Of a stretch of 64,000 nt of DNA, positions 51,413-64,000 are shown piece after piece. The stretch lies in contig CM114271.1 of assembly GCA_050084515.1 (NCBI GenBank), positions 3,100,001-3,164,000 of the forward strand. Direction: 5' to 3'. Source of the DNA: Blasia pusilla (Eukaryota). A program made the position numbers and the translations under genes. The notes beneath the pieces were generated by a model that saw only the letters and a list, made by a program, of their open reading frames with translations, was not told the DNA's origin and did no database searches. Numbering within the stretch: the first letter of the stretch is position 1; each line of letters starts with the position of its first letter.

Positions 51413-52600
51413 TGAGTAGGTAGTTCTACATTCCGACTTGTGTCTGTGACATGGATGACAAGGAGGCGACTAACGATGGGGCCACATGAGCACCCGGCCT
51501 TCTTGCTCTTAGCGTCCTAGAGATGTATGTCATGGTAGGTAGGAATAGATGGCTATCTGGAGTTAGAGAGACCTAACCACCAGCAAGGGGGGCGATTGGA
51601 GATATTTTGGTACTTCTTGTCTCGTTGTTTGGATGCCATGAGTTAGCATGGGATCATTTGTGTGTGTTCGGTGACAGCGATGTATGTTGTGTAGCGATGT
51701 GTATGCGCACGACAGCTGTCACATCTTTTAGGATAGATCGGTGAGATCTAATAGAGCGCCTTCATGAGTAGTGGAGGACACGCTCAATAGGTCACGGATG
51801 ACCTGCTGAAGCCCCAGGAAACCTGAGAGAGCAAGTTTCCCCTTCGTTTCGGCTCATTTGGAGCCATATTGAGGAACTTACTATTTTAGGTAAGTGCCAT
51901 TTTGAATATATGATCAACTTTCTATTTTTGGTAAGTGGCCCTTGACCTCCTACATCAGGTCAAGAGCCAAGGAGGTGACTTGGGAGAATAGGTTACCATG
52001 GAGAGAGCTTGGGAGAGGGGAGGGGTATACCTCAAGGAGAGAGAGCTTGAGCGCTCATTCTCTCTTTGTTGAACCTCTTGGCATGAGGCGGCGGAGCTAT
52101 GGTACCTCGCCTTGTGAGTGTAACCCAAGCCTCTCATTAGGAGAGTGGGTTTGGTTTGACATGAGAGAGAGAGAGTGCACACCTTTGAGAGCTATGTTGT
52201 GAGATGGTGGAGAGAGAGATTGGATCTTACTTTACAAAGAGAGAATGCGAGAATGATAGAATGAGAGAATGAGAGAATGAGAGAGTGAGAGAGTGAGAGA
52301 GCTTCATGGGGGAGCTCGCTGGTCACTCGCTGTTTTTGCAGGTTGGGGACCGTGTTCCCCGTTCAGCGGCTCATGGGAGTGCTCACCGGAGCAAGGGCTG
52401 CTTTCATTATTCTTTGCATTTGCCGATTTTTCGTGTGGAAGAGTGGCGCGCGGAAGCGCTGCCCAATTTTTTATAGGGATTGAGTATGGGGGCAGGTTGC
52501 CCCATGCTGGTGCTCTCGGGAGCACCATGTAGCTCGCTGACTTGTATTTTTACAGATGTTACATTTTCGTTGGGAGAAATCAGCTGAGCCGCCGAATTTT

Positions 52601-55600
52601 GTGTAGGAGAAAGAGACATTGGGCTTTATGACAGTCCCTGTAAGTTTTTACTGAAATTTTCGATTCTAAATTTTTGTTGATGCTGGCGTAGATCGTGAAG
52701 GTGTGCACGTTGCAACAACAAACGATCGCAATTTGGAGTTGCGAACAAAAAGTTATGGTCAATCTTGTAAAGCTGCCATTGCTAGGCGATTTTTAGGGTT
52801 AAATTGTGCAAACCCTAAATCAGCCGCCACACCGGCGGCGGCCGTCGCCATCACAGTCATTGTCAACGGTCAACCATCACCGTCGAAGGTCAACCATCAC
52901 CGTCGACGGTCAACCGTCACCGTCACCGTCATCGGTCGGCCGTCACCGTCATCGATCAACCGTCACTGTCAACGGTCCACCATCCATTGTCCACCCTTTG
53001 GGTGCTATTTCCGTCATTACGGAGTGGAGGGTCTTCCACGACGTTCGTTGATTCCTTGACTTGCGTCGCCACCGCAGCATTTTTTTGTTTTGGCCGCCAC
53101 CGTCATCGCAGATTCTTCATCAACCAGTGATGGCAGATGACCTCCGGTTATGGTGTAGGAGAAAGAGACATTGGGCTTTATGACAGTCCCTGTAAGTTTT
53201 TACTGAAATTTTCGATTCTAAATTTTTGTTGATGCTGGCGTAGATCGTGAAGGTGTGCACGCTGTGCAACAAACAGTGCGCAATTTGGAGTTGCGAACAA
53301 AAAGTTATGGTCAATCTTGTAAAGCTGCCATTGCTAGGCGATTTTTAGGGTTAAATTGTGCAAACCCTAAATCAGCCGCCACACCCGCGGGCGCGCCGCT
53401 TCATCATCACAAATCACTATCAACGGTCAACCATCACCGTCGAAGGTCAACCATCACCGTCGACGGTCAACCGTCACCGTCACCGTCATCGGTCGGCCGT
53501 CACCGTCATCGATCAACCGTCACTGTCAACGGTCCACCATCCATAGTCCACCCTTTGGGTGCTATTTCCGTCATTACGGAGTGGAGGGTTTTCCACGACG
53601 TTCGTTGATTCCTTGACTTGCGTCGCCACCGCGTACTTTATTTTGGCCGCCACCGTCATCGCAGATTCTTCATCAACCAGTGATGGCAGATGACCTCCGG
53701 TTATGGTGTAGGAGAAAGAGACATTGGGCTTTACGACAGTCCCTGTAAGTTTTTACTGAAATTTTCGATTCTAAATTTTTGTTGATGCTGGCGTAGATCG
53801 TGAAGGTGTGCACGCTATGCAACAAACAGTGCGCAATTTGGAGTTGCGAACAAAAAGTTATGGTCAATCTTGTAAAGCTGCCATTGCTAGGCGATTTTTA
53901 GGTTAAATTGTGCAAACCTAAATCAGCCGCCACACCGCGGCGGCCGCCGCCATCACATCATTGTCAACGGTCAACCATCACCGCCGAAGGTCAACCATCA
54001 CCGCCGACGGTCAACCGTCACCGCTCACCGTCTATCGGTCGGCCGTCACGCTCATCGATCAATCGCCATCACGCTAACGGTCCACCATCCATTGTCCACC
54101 CTTTGGGTGCTATTTCCGCTATTACGAGTGGAGGGTCTTCCACGACGTTCGTTGATTCCTTGACTTGCGCCGCCACCACAGAGACTTTGTTTTGGCCGCC
54201 ACCGTCATCGCAGATTCTTCATCAACCCTGATGGCAGATGACCTCCGTTATGGTGTAGGAGAAAGAGACATTGGGCTTTATGACAGTCCCCGTAAGTTTT
54301 ACTGAAATTTTCGATTCTAAATTTTTGTTGATGCTGGCGTAGATCGTGAAGGTGTGCACGCCAGTGCAACAAAAATCGCAATTTGGAGTTGCGAACAAAA
54401 AGTTATGGTCAATCTTGTAAAGCTGCCATTGCTAGGCGATTTTTAGGGTTAAATTGTGCAAACCCTAAATCAGCCGCCACACCGGCGGCGGCCGTCGCCA
54501 TCACAGTCACTATCAACGGTCAACCATCACCGTCGAAGGTCAACCATCACCGCCGACGGTCAACCGTCACCGTCACCGTCATCGGTCGGCCGTCACCGTC
54601 ATCGATCAACCGTCATCGCATCAACGGTCCACCATCCATAGTCCACCCTTTGGGTGCTATTTCGCGTCATTACGAGTGGAGGGTTTTCCACGACGTTCGT
54701 TGATTCCTTGACTTGCGTCGCCACCGCGTACTTTATTTTGGCCGCCACCGTCATCGCAGATTCTTCATCAACCGTGATGGCGAGATGACCTCCGGTTATG
54801 GTGTAGAGAAAGAGACATTGGGCTTTACGACAGTCCTCGTAAGTTTTTACTGAAATTTTCGATTCTAAATTTTTGTTGATCTTTGGCGTGAGATCGTGAA
54901 GGTGTGCACGTTTGGCAACAAACAAAGGCGCGCAATTTGGAGTTGCGAACAAAAAGTTATGGTCAATCTTGTAAAGTCGCCATTGCTAGGCGATTTTAGG
55001 GTTAAATTGTGCAAACCTAAATCAGCCGCCACACCGGCGGGCGGCCGCCGCCATCAAATCACTATCAACGGTCAACCATCACCGCCGAAGGTCAACCATC
55101 ACCGTCGACGGTCAACCGTCACCGTCATCGCTATCGGTCGGCCGTCACCGTCATCGGTCGGGCGTCACCGCTCATCGATCAAATCCATCGCTAACGGTCC
55201 ACCATCCATAGTCCACCCTTTGGGTGCTATTTCCGCGTCATTACGGAGTGGAGGGTCTTCCACGACGTTCGTTGATTCCTTGACTTGCGCCGCCACCGCT
55301 GCACTTTATTTTGGCCGCCACCGTCATCGCAGATTCTTCATCAACCTTGTGATGGCGAGATGACCTCCGGTTATGGTGTAGGAGAAAGAGACATTGGGCT
55401 TTCTGACGGTCCCGTAAGTTTTTACTGAAATTTTGTTTCTAAATTTTTGTTGATCTTTGGCGTAGATCGTGAAGGTGTGCACGTTGTGCAACAAGCGATC
55501 TTAATTTGGAGTTGCGAACAAAAAGTTATGGTCAATCTTGTAAAGCTGCCATTGCTAGGCGATTTTTAGGGTTAAATTGTGCAAACCCTAAATCAGCCGC

Positions 55601-56428
55601 CACACCGGCGGCGGCCGTCGCCATCACAGTCATTGTCAACGGTCAACCATCACCGTCGAAGGTCAACCATCACCGTCGACGGTCAACCGTCACCGTCACC
55701 GTCATCGGTCGGCCGTCACCGTCATCGATCAACCGTCACTGTCAACGGTCCACCATCCATTGTCCACCCTTTGGGTGCTATTTCCGTCATTACGGAGTGG
55801 AGGGTCTTCCACGACGTTCGTTGATTCCTTGACTTGCGTCGCCACCGCGTACTTTGTTTTGGCCGCCACCGTCATCGCAGATTCTTCATCAACCAGTGAT
55901 GGCAGATGACCTCCGGTTATGGTGTAGGAGAAAGAGACATTGGGCTTTATGACAGTCCCCGTAAGTTTTTACTGAAATTTTCGATTCTAAATTTTTGTTG
56001 ATGCTGGCGTAGATCGTGAAGGTGTGCACGCTGTGCAACAAACAGTGCGCAATTTGGAGTTGCGAACAAAAAGTTATGGTCAATCTTGTAAAGCTGCCAT
56101 TGCTAGGCGATTTTTAGGGTTAAATTGTGCAAACCCTAAATCAGCCGCCACACCGGCGGCGGCCTTCGCCATCTTAGTCACCGTCAATGGTCAACAGTCA
56201 ACCGTCACCGTCGATAGTCAACCATCACCGTCAACAGTCAACCGTCATCGTCATTGATTGGCCGTCACCATCAGCGGTCAACCGTCACTGTCAACGGTCC
56301 ACCGTCCATTGTGCACCCTTTGGGTGCCATTGCCGCCATTACGGAGTGGAGGATCTACCACGACGTTCATTGATTCCTTGACTTGCGTCGCCACCACGTA
56401 CTTTGTTTTGGCCGCCACCGTCATCGCA
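52601..56428 (+). repeat. Tandem array of a ~550-bp unit (six full copies plus one shortened) inside G3 repeat A2
   Basis: Units begin GTGTAGGAGAAAGAGACATTGGG at 52601, 53153, 53706, 54253, 54801, 55376 and 55922. A single copy is present in A1 (42918-43475). Confidence 0.95.
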
Positions 56429-58449
56429 TATTTTGGTACTTCTTGTCTCGTTGTTTGGATGCCATGAGTTAGCATGGGATCATGCGTGTTTGTATGTGTG
56501 TTCGGTGACAGCGATGTATGTTGTGTAGCGATGTGTATGCGCACGACATCTATGATCAACTCATGAAAGTCACGTTTGGCTTTGCCCAAGACTTCCCTCA
56601 GAGAAAACTTTATTTTCGCATCCAAAATCCTCTCCTCAAGAATCTCCTTGAATCTTCGTGCTTGTCTCTATATCAGACTAAAACTTGTATGTAGGAGTCT
56701 TACCCTTGGTCTTCTGAGAAGACCTCCCACCTAAACTGTCAAGCTTGTTGTAGGATCTAATTTTATTTTCTTGAAGAAAAAATAATAATTTTCCGTGTTA
56801 TATTCGTACAATTAAAAATATTTAAAGGAAATATTAAGATGATTTTTATAACTCATTGGGATTTTTTATTAAGTGCGGTCTTGAAAGATAACAACATGGG
56901 AAAATTCACGTATAATAATAATATGGAATAATATCTCATAAACTATAAGCATAATAGTCTAAAAGTTTAAAATCACTTACTCTGAACCCCCTTTTCACAC
57001 ATGATGATTTTGCATATATAGCATACTAAATAGATCTTTCTCAATAAAAGGTGATTAGTGAAGGCATCTCCCTCTTCCCTCATCTAAGATTTTGGTGCAA
57101 AAAATTATGCTTGATAGTTGTATATGACAAAAAAATTTATTCATCTTAAGTAAGGTTGCGCACGGACAAAGTTCATATCCATCTGCACTGACTTATGTCC
57201 ATCCTAGAGACGACCATGTTTGTGCTAGAATTTGTTTCCGCACCTAGTCCCACCCAGTTCCCACAAACTTATCCCCAAGCCCTAAACCACGGCCTTTCCT
57301 TGTATTCTGCCATGTGGGGCTTTTGACGGACTTTTGATGAGGGGCGAGGCCTCCCCCCTCTCCCCCAAAAAAAACCAACCAACCAAAAAAAAATTGTCCC
57401 ACCACAACCCTCCTCGTAGTCAGAGCCTTCCTATGCCCCGCCATGCCCATACATGGGCAACCCATATCATAAATAAACTATTTTAGAGATAAAATTTTAA
57501 TTTCTTAGAGGAAAAATAAAAACCCTTATCTTCCCACCAAAGGACCTAGTTTTCTTGGTCCCTTGTTCATTACTTAAATAACCCCAATGTACAAGTAATG
57601 AGATTGCCTTCCACTTGTTAATACACCTTCAACTTTAAATATAGGTGCAACTCTTGAATCATAGCTATCCTTATTAGTGTGTCCCCCTTCATCCATCATG
57701 TCATGCTTTCCATTTTCTTTGTTGTTTTAATACACCAAGTATGGTTGTAATGATGGAACACTTATCTCTCAGACTAAGCCATTAACCTTTTTATCGAAAG
57801 AAGGCGAATCCATGACTTTGGGTCTAATCCACAATGAGGTCTAATCCATAATGCAAAGTCTACAAAATATAAGAAAAAATATAATTAGGAAATTGAGTTG
57901 TAGCAAAAAACAACTAGGATTATGATTACAATGGTTTAATCATTTTCTGTGATTAGATGAACCTATTCTAGTCATATAGTTATGACACAATTAGGAACCA
58001 AATAAGTCTATAGGAAGAACCTATAGACTTATTTGGTTGGTATAGTCATACTTGATTACTAGAGACTAACCGTTAAAGGTTCATAAGTATTTTTGTCTCT
58101 ACTATCACAATTTTTAGGCTATAAATTATTGATATTAAACTAGGATAATAAATAATAATAAGACAAATATATAATTATATGTTTTATTCTTTTATTATCA
58201 TATAGCCAATGTTTTATAAATATAATATTACTAAAATTTATGAAACTTTTCCACAACATATTTAACCATGCGATAGATATGCATATTTTAGTTTAGATCT
58301 ATATTCAAGAACATGTATATAAGTATATTTACAATTTTAAAATATATTATAAAGGAATTTAAACTAATTATAATTGGATCTTTCAATTCCAATAAGATGA
58401 AACAAATTAGAATAATATATTAAATTTTTTTCTTGGTCATCTTCGAGAG

Positions 58450-61400
58450 ATATATTGAAACACAACCCATAATCAAACCCATAGTCATATTCTAGCCCAT
58501 GTGGCTATGGTTAGAGGAGGAATAAATAGTTTCAATGTCATTCAATTTCTTTGTGTGAATTAAAAAAAAAAACTTGGAATTTTGACCCTCATTTATTATT
58601 TCAAGTGCCTATTTTGAGAGAACATTTAAACCATTAATGAAGACCTTCCAGGTAATTTTTTCTCCACTACGCTCAATTTTAGGATCATCCAACGATTAAG
58701 TTAAAAGCATAGCCAAAACTAATATTCAATATCACAACATGGTGTCAAGACCTATAATAAAATTTGATCATTTTGTCATTATGAGGATATCTCTTATTTA
58801 TACTTCAGCTCCCCACTACTCAGCCAAAATACTCAACCTTTTCCACGTATGGCATATTTATGCATTGGATGATTTTCGTTTTTTTCCTCTAATTTTAGAG
58901 TCAGCACATGTCTCCAATTGGAAGTGAAATTGGTCATCATAATTTTGGTATTTCATTTAAAGATTCCAATAAAATAATGTGAGTCGTTCAATAGTCCTTT
59001 ATTTCTCAAATTTTCAAGGCTATCCAATATGTAGAGTTGGCATGTCTAAAAGAGAATCTTGAATATTTCTATGTTCAAAGATCAGAACGAATATAATTTA
59101 TGACTATCTCTAAATCCTAAATCTTTGTGAGAGCATGTATGACCATAAGGAGGGATTTTATAAATATTTGTATGGACATTCTATTTCTTAACATGGAATT
59201 AAAAATCGGATTTGAAATTAAAACTCTCGTAGTTCAATGTGAGTTTTGTTTCACATAGAGCTTTGTTTTCTTATACATCTATTCTTTATCCATTCATAGT
59301 GGCCAATCTTGTTTTTTTCCAGAATTTAAAACAAGAAATAAAAAAATATCCACTAAAATCAGTACAACTAAACTTCTATCATTTTCATATAAATTTCCAT
59401 TATTAAAATATAAAAATGGAATAATAGGATTTTCCAAAAATTTTATGGATTATTCAGCTTTTCTTTTCATCCAAAAATATTTTCTTGGACACGTTAAGTA
59501 ATTGATATATTATCAAAAAAAATCTCACATTAAAAAAGGCATAAATTCACAAATTGAATTGGACGTGGAGTTCTGTTTCATTTAGGAAAAACCATATATT
59601 TTACCTATGTGAATCCTCATTTATTTTAAACAAATTTATAAAAATATAAATAAAACTACTTGTCTTTACACTTTTATTAAATTTATTTTATCAATTGCTG
59701 CAAGATGGAATTTTTAAGTCAAATTTTTAATGATTAAATTTTGTAATAATTAGATGAATTTTGAAATTTAGGGGATAAAATCTAATATTATATGAGATTA
59801 ATTGAATGATTTAGATAGCATAAAATCTTATTTTTTAATAATTTTTTTCCTTAATATAAATTTCTAGAGAGATCCTCAAAGACTTAAAAATGAAAAATAT
59901 TAATGTAGGAATTACTTATTAAAAAATGATACATATGGGAGTTTGAATTTGTTAGATTTGTACCTGTGATACTATATGGATTAGTGGTAGAAGACAAGTG
60001 GTTAATGGTACTGTTTTGAGTCTCCCCCAACATATGTTTGGCGGACCAAGTTTAGAGATGGAATTGTTGGATGGACATACAGGGTTAGTGGGGGGAATGT
60101 GGATGGTGATAGAATTGATGGACGAAATCCGATGGATGGAGGATGGGTGCATGGACAACACAATTGATGAATGGAAGGATGGGATTATAAACAAAGTCGA
60201 TAGATGGATGGAAGGTGAGAGGGATTTTGATAGAGGATGCAACACATAGACAAAGATATTGTGTGGACGAACATATCATAACTTAATCATTGTATTCTAT
60301 CATGCAACGTATGTCCTCAATACATATGTAAGAGTGATTTCCACAAGAGCCACCAATAGAGAGATTCTTTTCACACTAACTCCTTCTAATAACTTACCTT
60401 CCATCCCACACTCTAGTTTAAAGAACATTCAATATCAAAGCTCTATTGTATTCCATAACAAAGCCCAAGGCTTCATTCATTATATATCCTTCAACCATGT
60501 AGCCTTTAGGATAAGCATGAGATATCATATATCCTTTGAGGATTCCAAAGTAGAGCTCAATTGGATATATCCAACACATCAATGATTGACAAATATCAAT
60601 CTCTTTAAGTAAAGGCTCATAAATTGAGTCAATACATCAAAGAAAGAAAGGGAAGGTGGATTCCATTAGGCATAGGAAGTTTAGGACATCATGTCGTAAT
60701 CTTTAAGCATATCATATTCTAACAAGTCTTAATATATATCTTACAAAATATACTCTAGATATGCATGATTTTCATTCTAATTGGTAGCTTTGTGGACAAA
60801 ACATGGGCAATTATTGCATGAAAATTTGAAAGTCATGAGATTTCAAACCTCCAACCTTGTTGCTTAATAAATGATATACTCTAACTTGCATATTCTATCA
60901 TAAAGCCATCATGTCTTTCTTCTTGAATGAGAAGCTTTGACATTGTCTATCCCATCTAACTTACAAGGATTTTCCTCATCATGTCCATTGTAATGCATCA
61001 CTAACTACCAAATTCATTATCTCATTCGCTTAGAATCTAGTCTATTCCCCAAGAGGATTGAATTATCACTCAACTATTCTAGCTGAAACAGCAACAAGAA
61101 TTCTCTCGTTGTTTCTTCGAGAATAAGGGTCTCAGACTCTAACAATCTATATTCTCACAACAAGTCTTCCTTATAGAGTTTCTAAATACTACTCTAAACA
61201 CTCTCTAAATTGAGGATAGTGCCTTTATCAAGCTAGTAAATCATGTATCTATGAAGAAAATGAGGTCTACACATGATCTCAAGACTTCAAGAAAGGATCG
61301 ATCTTCTACATCTAGAACTTAAAACATCTTCGCAAGATATACACTATTTAGCATAGTGCAATCATTCATCTATGAATCCTTGTATTCCTCTCCACCAAGC

Positions 61401-62200
61401 CTCTTACTAGGATTAAATTTTCACATCTCCAATCACAACAAGATCTTCAATCCAAATACAAAGTATAAAAACTATAGAAACTTTATTGCCTCATCAAGAG
61501 GTTGAGAGGTTATTGAATGTACATAACTTTTCCTAACCATGGTTCAGTCATTAGAGCCTCCTCCCCTACATAGATTGTTTGAAATATTATCTTTTCCTTC
61601 TTATACTTTGTGTTTATACTCCTCCTAAATCATCTTCCTCTCTGGATATGGAAAGACTCTAATCAACTTCCTACCAATCCTACTACTAAAGATTTGGACG
61701 ATCGTGCACCTCTAATTACTTGAGCTAATCTACTTTGCTATGTAAATTTATTTTTCAAAATATTTTTTTACAAAAATTCCTACACTCATTGTAGTTTGCA
61801 CAATCCTTGCAAAGAAACTTAGCAAACTACTCCCAACTTTGTCTTTCCCTACAATCCTCTCGAAAGATTTCAATAAAATATGTATTTTTCTTCATTCCTG
61901 GTCTTTACAAAGTACTTTCATTCAATCTTCAAGGAAGTAATTTGTACTCGCAAAGATTATACAAAGTCCTCATATTTTCCTCCTATCTTTGTGAAGAGTC
62001 CTTGTTTGGATATACCCTATGTCTAATTCCTTGTAGTACGGGTCCTTTTTCCTCACAATGTCTTAAAAAGACTTAAGTTTGTCTTTGTTCTTATGTTGTC
62101 TTCTTAGGGCCTCAACTATAAATGGTCTTTACAAGGATTTCCTTTCATAAAGGCTCTTTAATAAACACTTCTTCCTAAACAACTTTCCTACTTTCTAAAC
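58450..62200 (-). mobile_element. Probable highly eroded Copia remnant(s)
   Basis: Faint RNase H-like (AE.WGA ~58805-58825, REKI ~58660) and RT-like (~60450-60580) traces in AT-rich sequence; no open frames. Confidence 0.3.
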
Positions 62201-63779
62201 ATGGTTTCGCAGAAATGGACTTATCCTAAACATGGCCAATAGGTCCCCTATGCTAATACATTTGGTACCCCGATTGTCCACGCAGGCTCGGGACACAAGA
62301 ACAGGTATGGCCTCATATTTTAGGAAGGCATGCAAGGATTGAATGGATGTGTGAGCTTCGAGACCACACACGCTCTATGCGGGCCTCTATGAGTGAGGCA
62401 TGGGCTTGATGTGGGCTACAAAATGGGTGGCAAGAACGGATGACAGGTCTTTGGACTGGGTGCAAGTTGACAAATCCTAGCTCTACCTTGCAAGTATGGC
62501 AGACCGCGAGAATCTGGGTCTACACGGACATGTTCGTTCGAAGGACAAGCATAAGTCCACATACATAGACTTGTCCATGTGCATATGCAACCTTGTCTTT
62601 AAAGTACATCTTACTAAGGTACTCTCCTACACTACTTTTGACTAACAATAGATGTTTCTTCTCTTATGTATAGACCAAAATGCAACTTCTCGATGCCATA
62701 CGTCCATTATTATATTATAATATCTGATTAACAAATGAAAAGGCACCTTGGGTATTTTTCAATCGTGATTTTTAGAAAATTTGGAAGAAAATTTAAGGGA
62801 GTGGTGGATAGAAGTACACAAAAATATCTCACCAAGTTTCAACCCTCATAGATTAATAATTTTATTATGAAAAATCAAAGAGTCTATTTTTATAATAAAA
62901 GATCTCATAACCAAGGGGTCAAAACTTGAATTGGAAGAAATACATAGGATAGAGAAATAAATGAATAATAAGGATATAAATGAATAAAATTTTAGTTAGG
63001 CAGAAAGTAAGAGGATAAAATATGTCATATATTTGAGTAAAACATATCTATTCAAGATACTCTTTAAAAGAACTTGCAGTTTAATAGGTCAATAAGATCA
63101 AATGGATAGAAATAATATAAAACCATATGGACCAATAAAGGGAGACCTCATGGTTTCTTGAAGGAGATTTTCTCCAACTTGAGCTCATAAAGGGGTAGTG
63201 GTTTCTTGAAGCCTATCTCACATTCTTGAAGCAATTTTATTGTATATGTAAGATAGTTTCAATCTATATTTTTAAGGGAGGAGCGCCTCTCATGACAATA
63301 TCTCGCTTACTGACACATGGTTGTAATGATATCCTCACAATATGTAAATCTCTAAAATATAAAAAAATTTATCCTGCAAAATGAAAAAAGGAAAGGAAAG
63401 TTTTTAATTTAAAGGAGGGATTATGCATAGCACAAGCCTTTATGGGCAACTTATTAGTAATTGCAAGAGAAAATTTTTTTACAAGTATATGCTACTTCAA
63501 AGAGGATGGATTTTCTCTCTTTAGAAATATTCTCAGATTTCCTTATATGAAGATGAATTTATCTATTTTTCGAGGGATGCAATAAGATATCTTAGCTTGC
63601 GACATACGTTTTCCATCTTTCGCTAAAAAAGAAAGATACAAAATTTTCATACAAGACCTTATTAATTCTAATTAAGTAAAAGATGAATATGAGGATTAAA
63701 CATGATTGATGGATAGAAGATGATTTTCACCACTTTCTTGCATTGAATTTGTTAATACAAGCATGATAAATCATTAGAT

Positions 63780-64000
63780 GTATAGCTATTAGATGTTACT
63801 CTATCATTTTGGGGTATAGTTCATGGGTGTACTAGAGGAAAGAATAAATCCTTAACATCGATAAAGATGGATACAAGGAAAGACTTCTGGAAAAGGCATA
63901 TGTTGAAAGGGAAGGCATTCACTTCGAGGATATTTTCTCACTAGTGATAGAGATTACATCCATTTTCATATTTCTAGGCACAATAGCTCTCTATGACCCA
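63780..64000 (+). mobile_element. Eroded Copia RT N-terminal fragment
   Basis: Translates GYKERLLEKAYVEREGIHFEDIFSLVIEITSI, cf. Copia RYKARLVAKGYxQxEGIDFxEIFSPV. Confidence 0.6.

Larger units (their letters stand above)
42053..56548 (+). mobile_element. G3: Gypsy-DNMT-PHD retroelement with A-[ORFs]-B-A-B ends, many frameshifts
   Basis: A1 42053-43475 (first ~8 nt lost); gag 44583-45500; MTase 47070-48040; RT 48814-49191 (YIDD); integrase 50171-51072; PHD; B1 51602-51714; GC; A2 from TGTCAC at 51717; B2 56428-56548. Confidence 0.92.

Noticed and set aside
52703-56381. Repeated ORFs (ELRTKSYGQSCKAA...) as a protein-coding array
   Set aside because: They arise from low-complexity CACCGT repeats in the terminal repeat; frames shift between units.
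59990-60250. ORFs rich in D/G/W/M
   Set aside because: Degenerate (GGAT/GATG)n simple sequence.

Overview
Eukaryotic, heavily nested transposon cluster, most likely from a non-seed plant or streptophyte (inferred from the element types); no host gene is recognisable. (1) Four related Ty3/Gypsy-type retroelements (G0 1-1444 minus; G1 1445-19463; G2 25426-35158; G3 42053-56548). G1-G3 carry a DNMT3-like C5 cytosine methyltransferase between protease and RT. G0, G2 and G3 show a PHD finger after the DDE integrase. G2 and G3 lack ordinary twin LTRs and instead have an A-[ORFs]-B-A-B terminal arrangement. (2) A 12.2-kb Mutator-like DNA transposon (4528-16688, 9-bp TSD) sits inside G1. It has a spliced MULE/SWIM transposase on +, a divergent minus-strand accessory gene with a ParB/Srx-like DGNHR domain and an N4/N6-methyltransferase-like SAM-binding segment, and dozens of copies of a 27-bp palindrome in its non-coding parts. 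(3) A Copia element is split by a chromovirus, which is in turn split by G2, and there is a later 2.6-kb inversion. (4) A ~550-bp tandem array has grown inside the G3 terminal repeat. (5) An AT-rich tail contains eroded Copia remnants. All elements carry stops or frameshifts. Domain calls come from motif recognition by eye, not from database searches.
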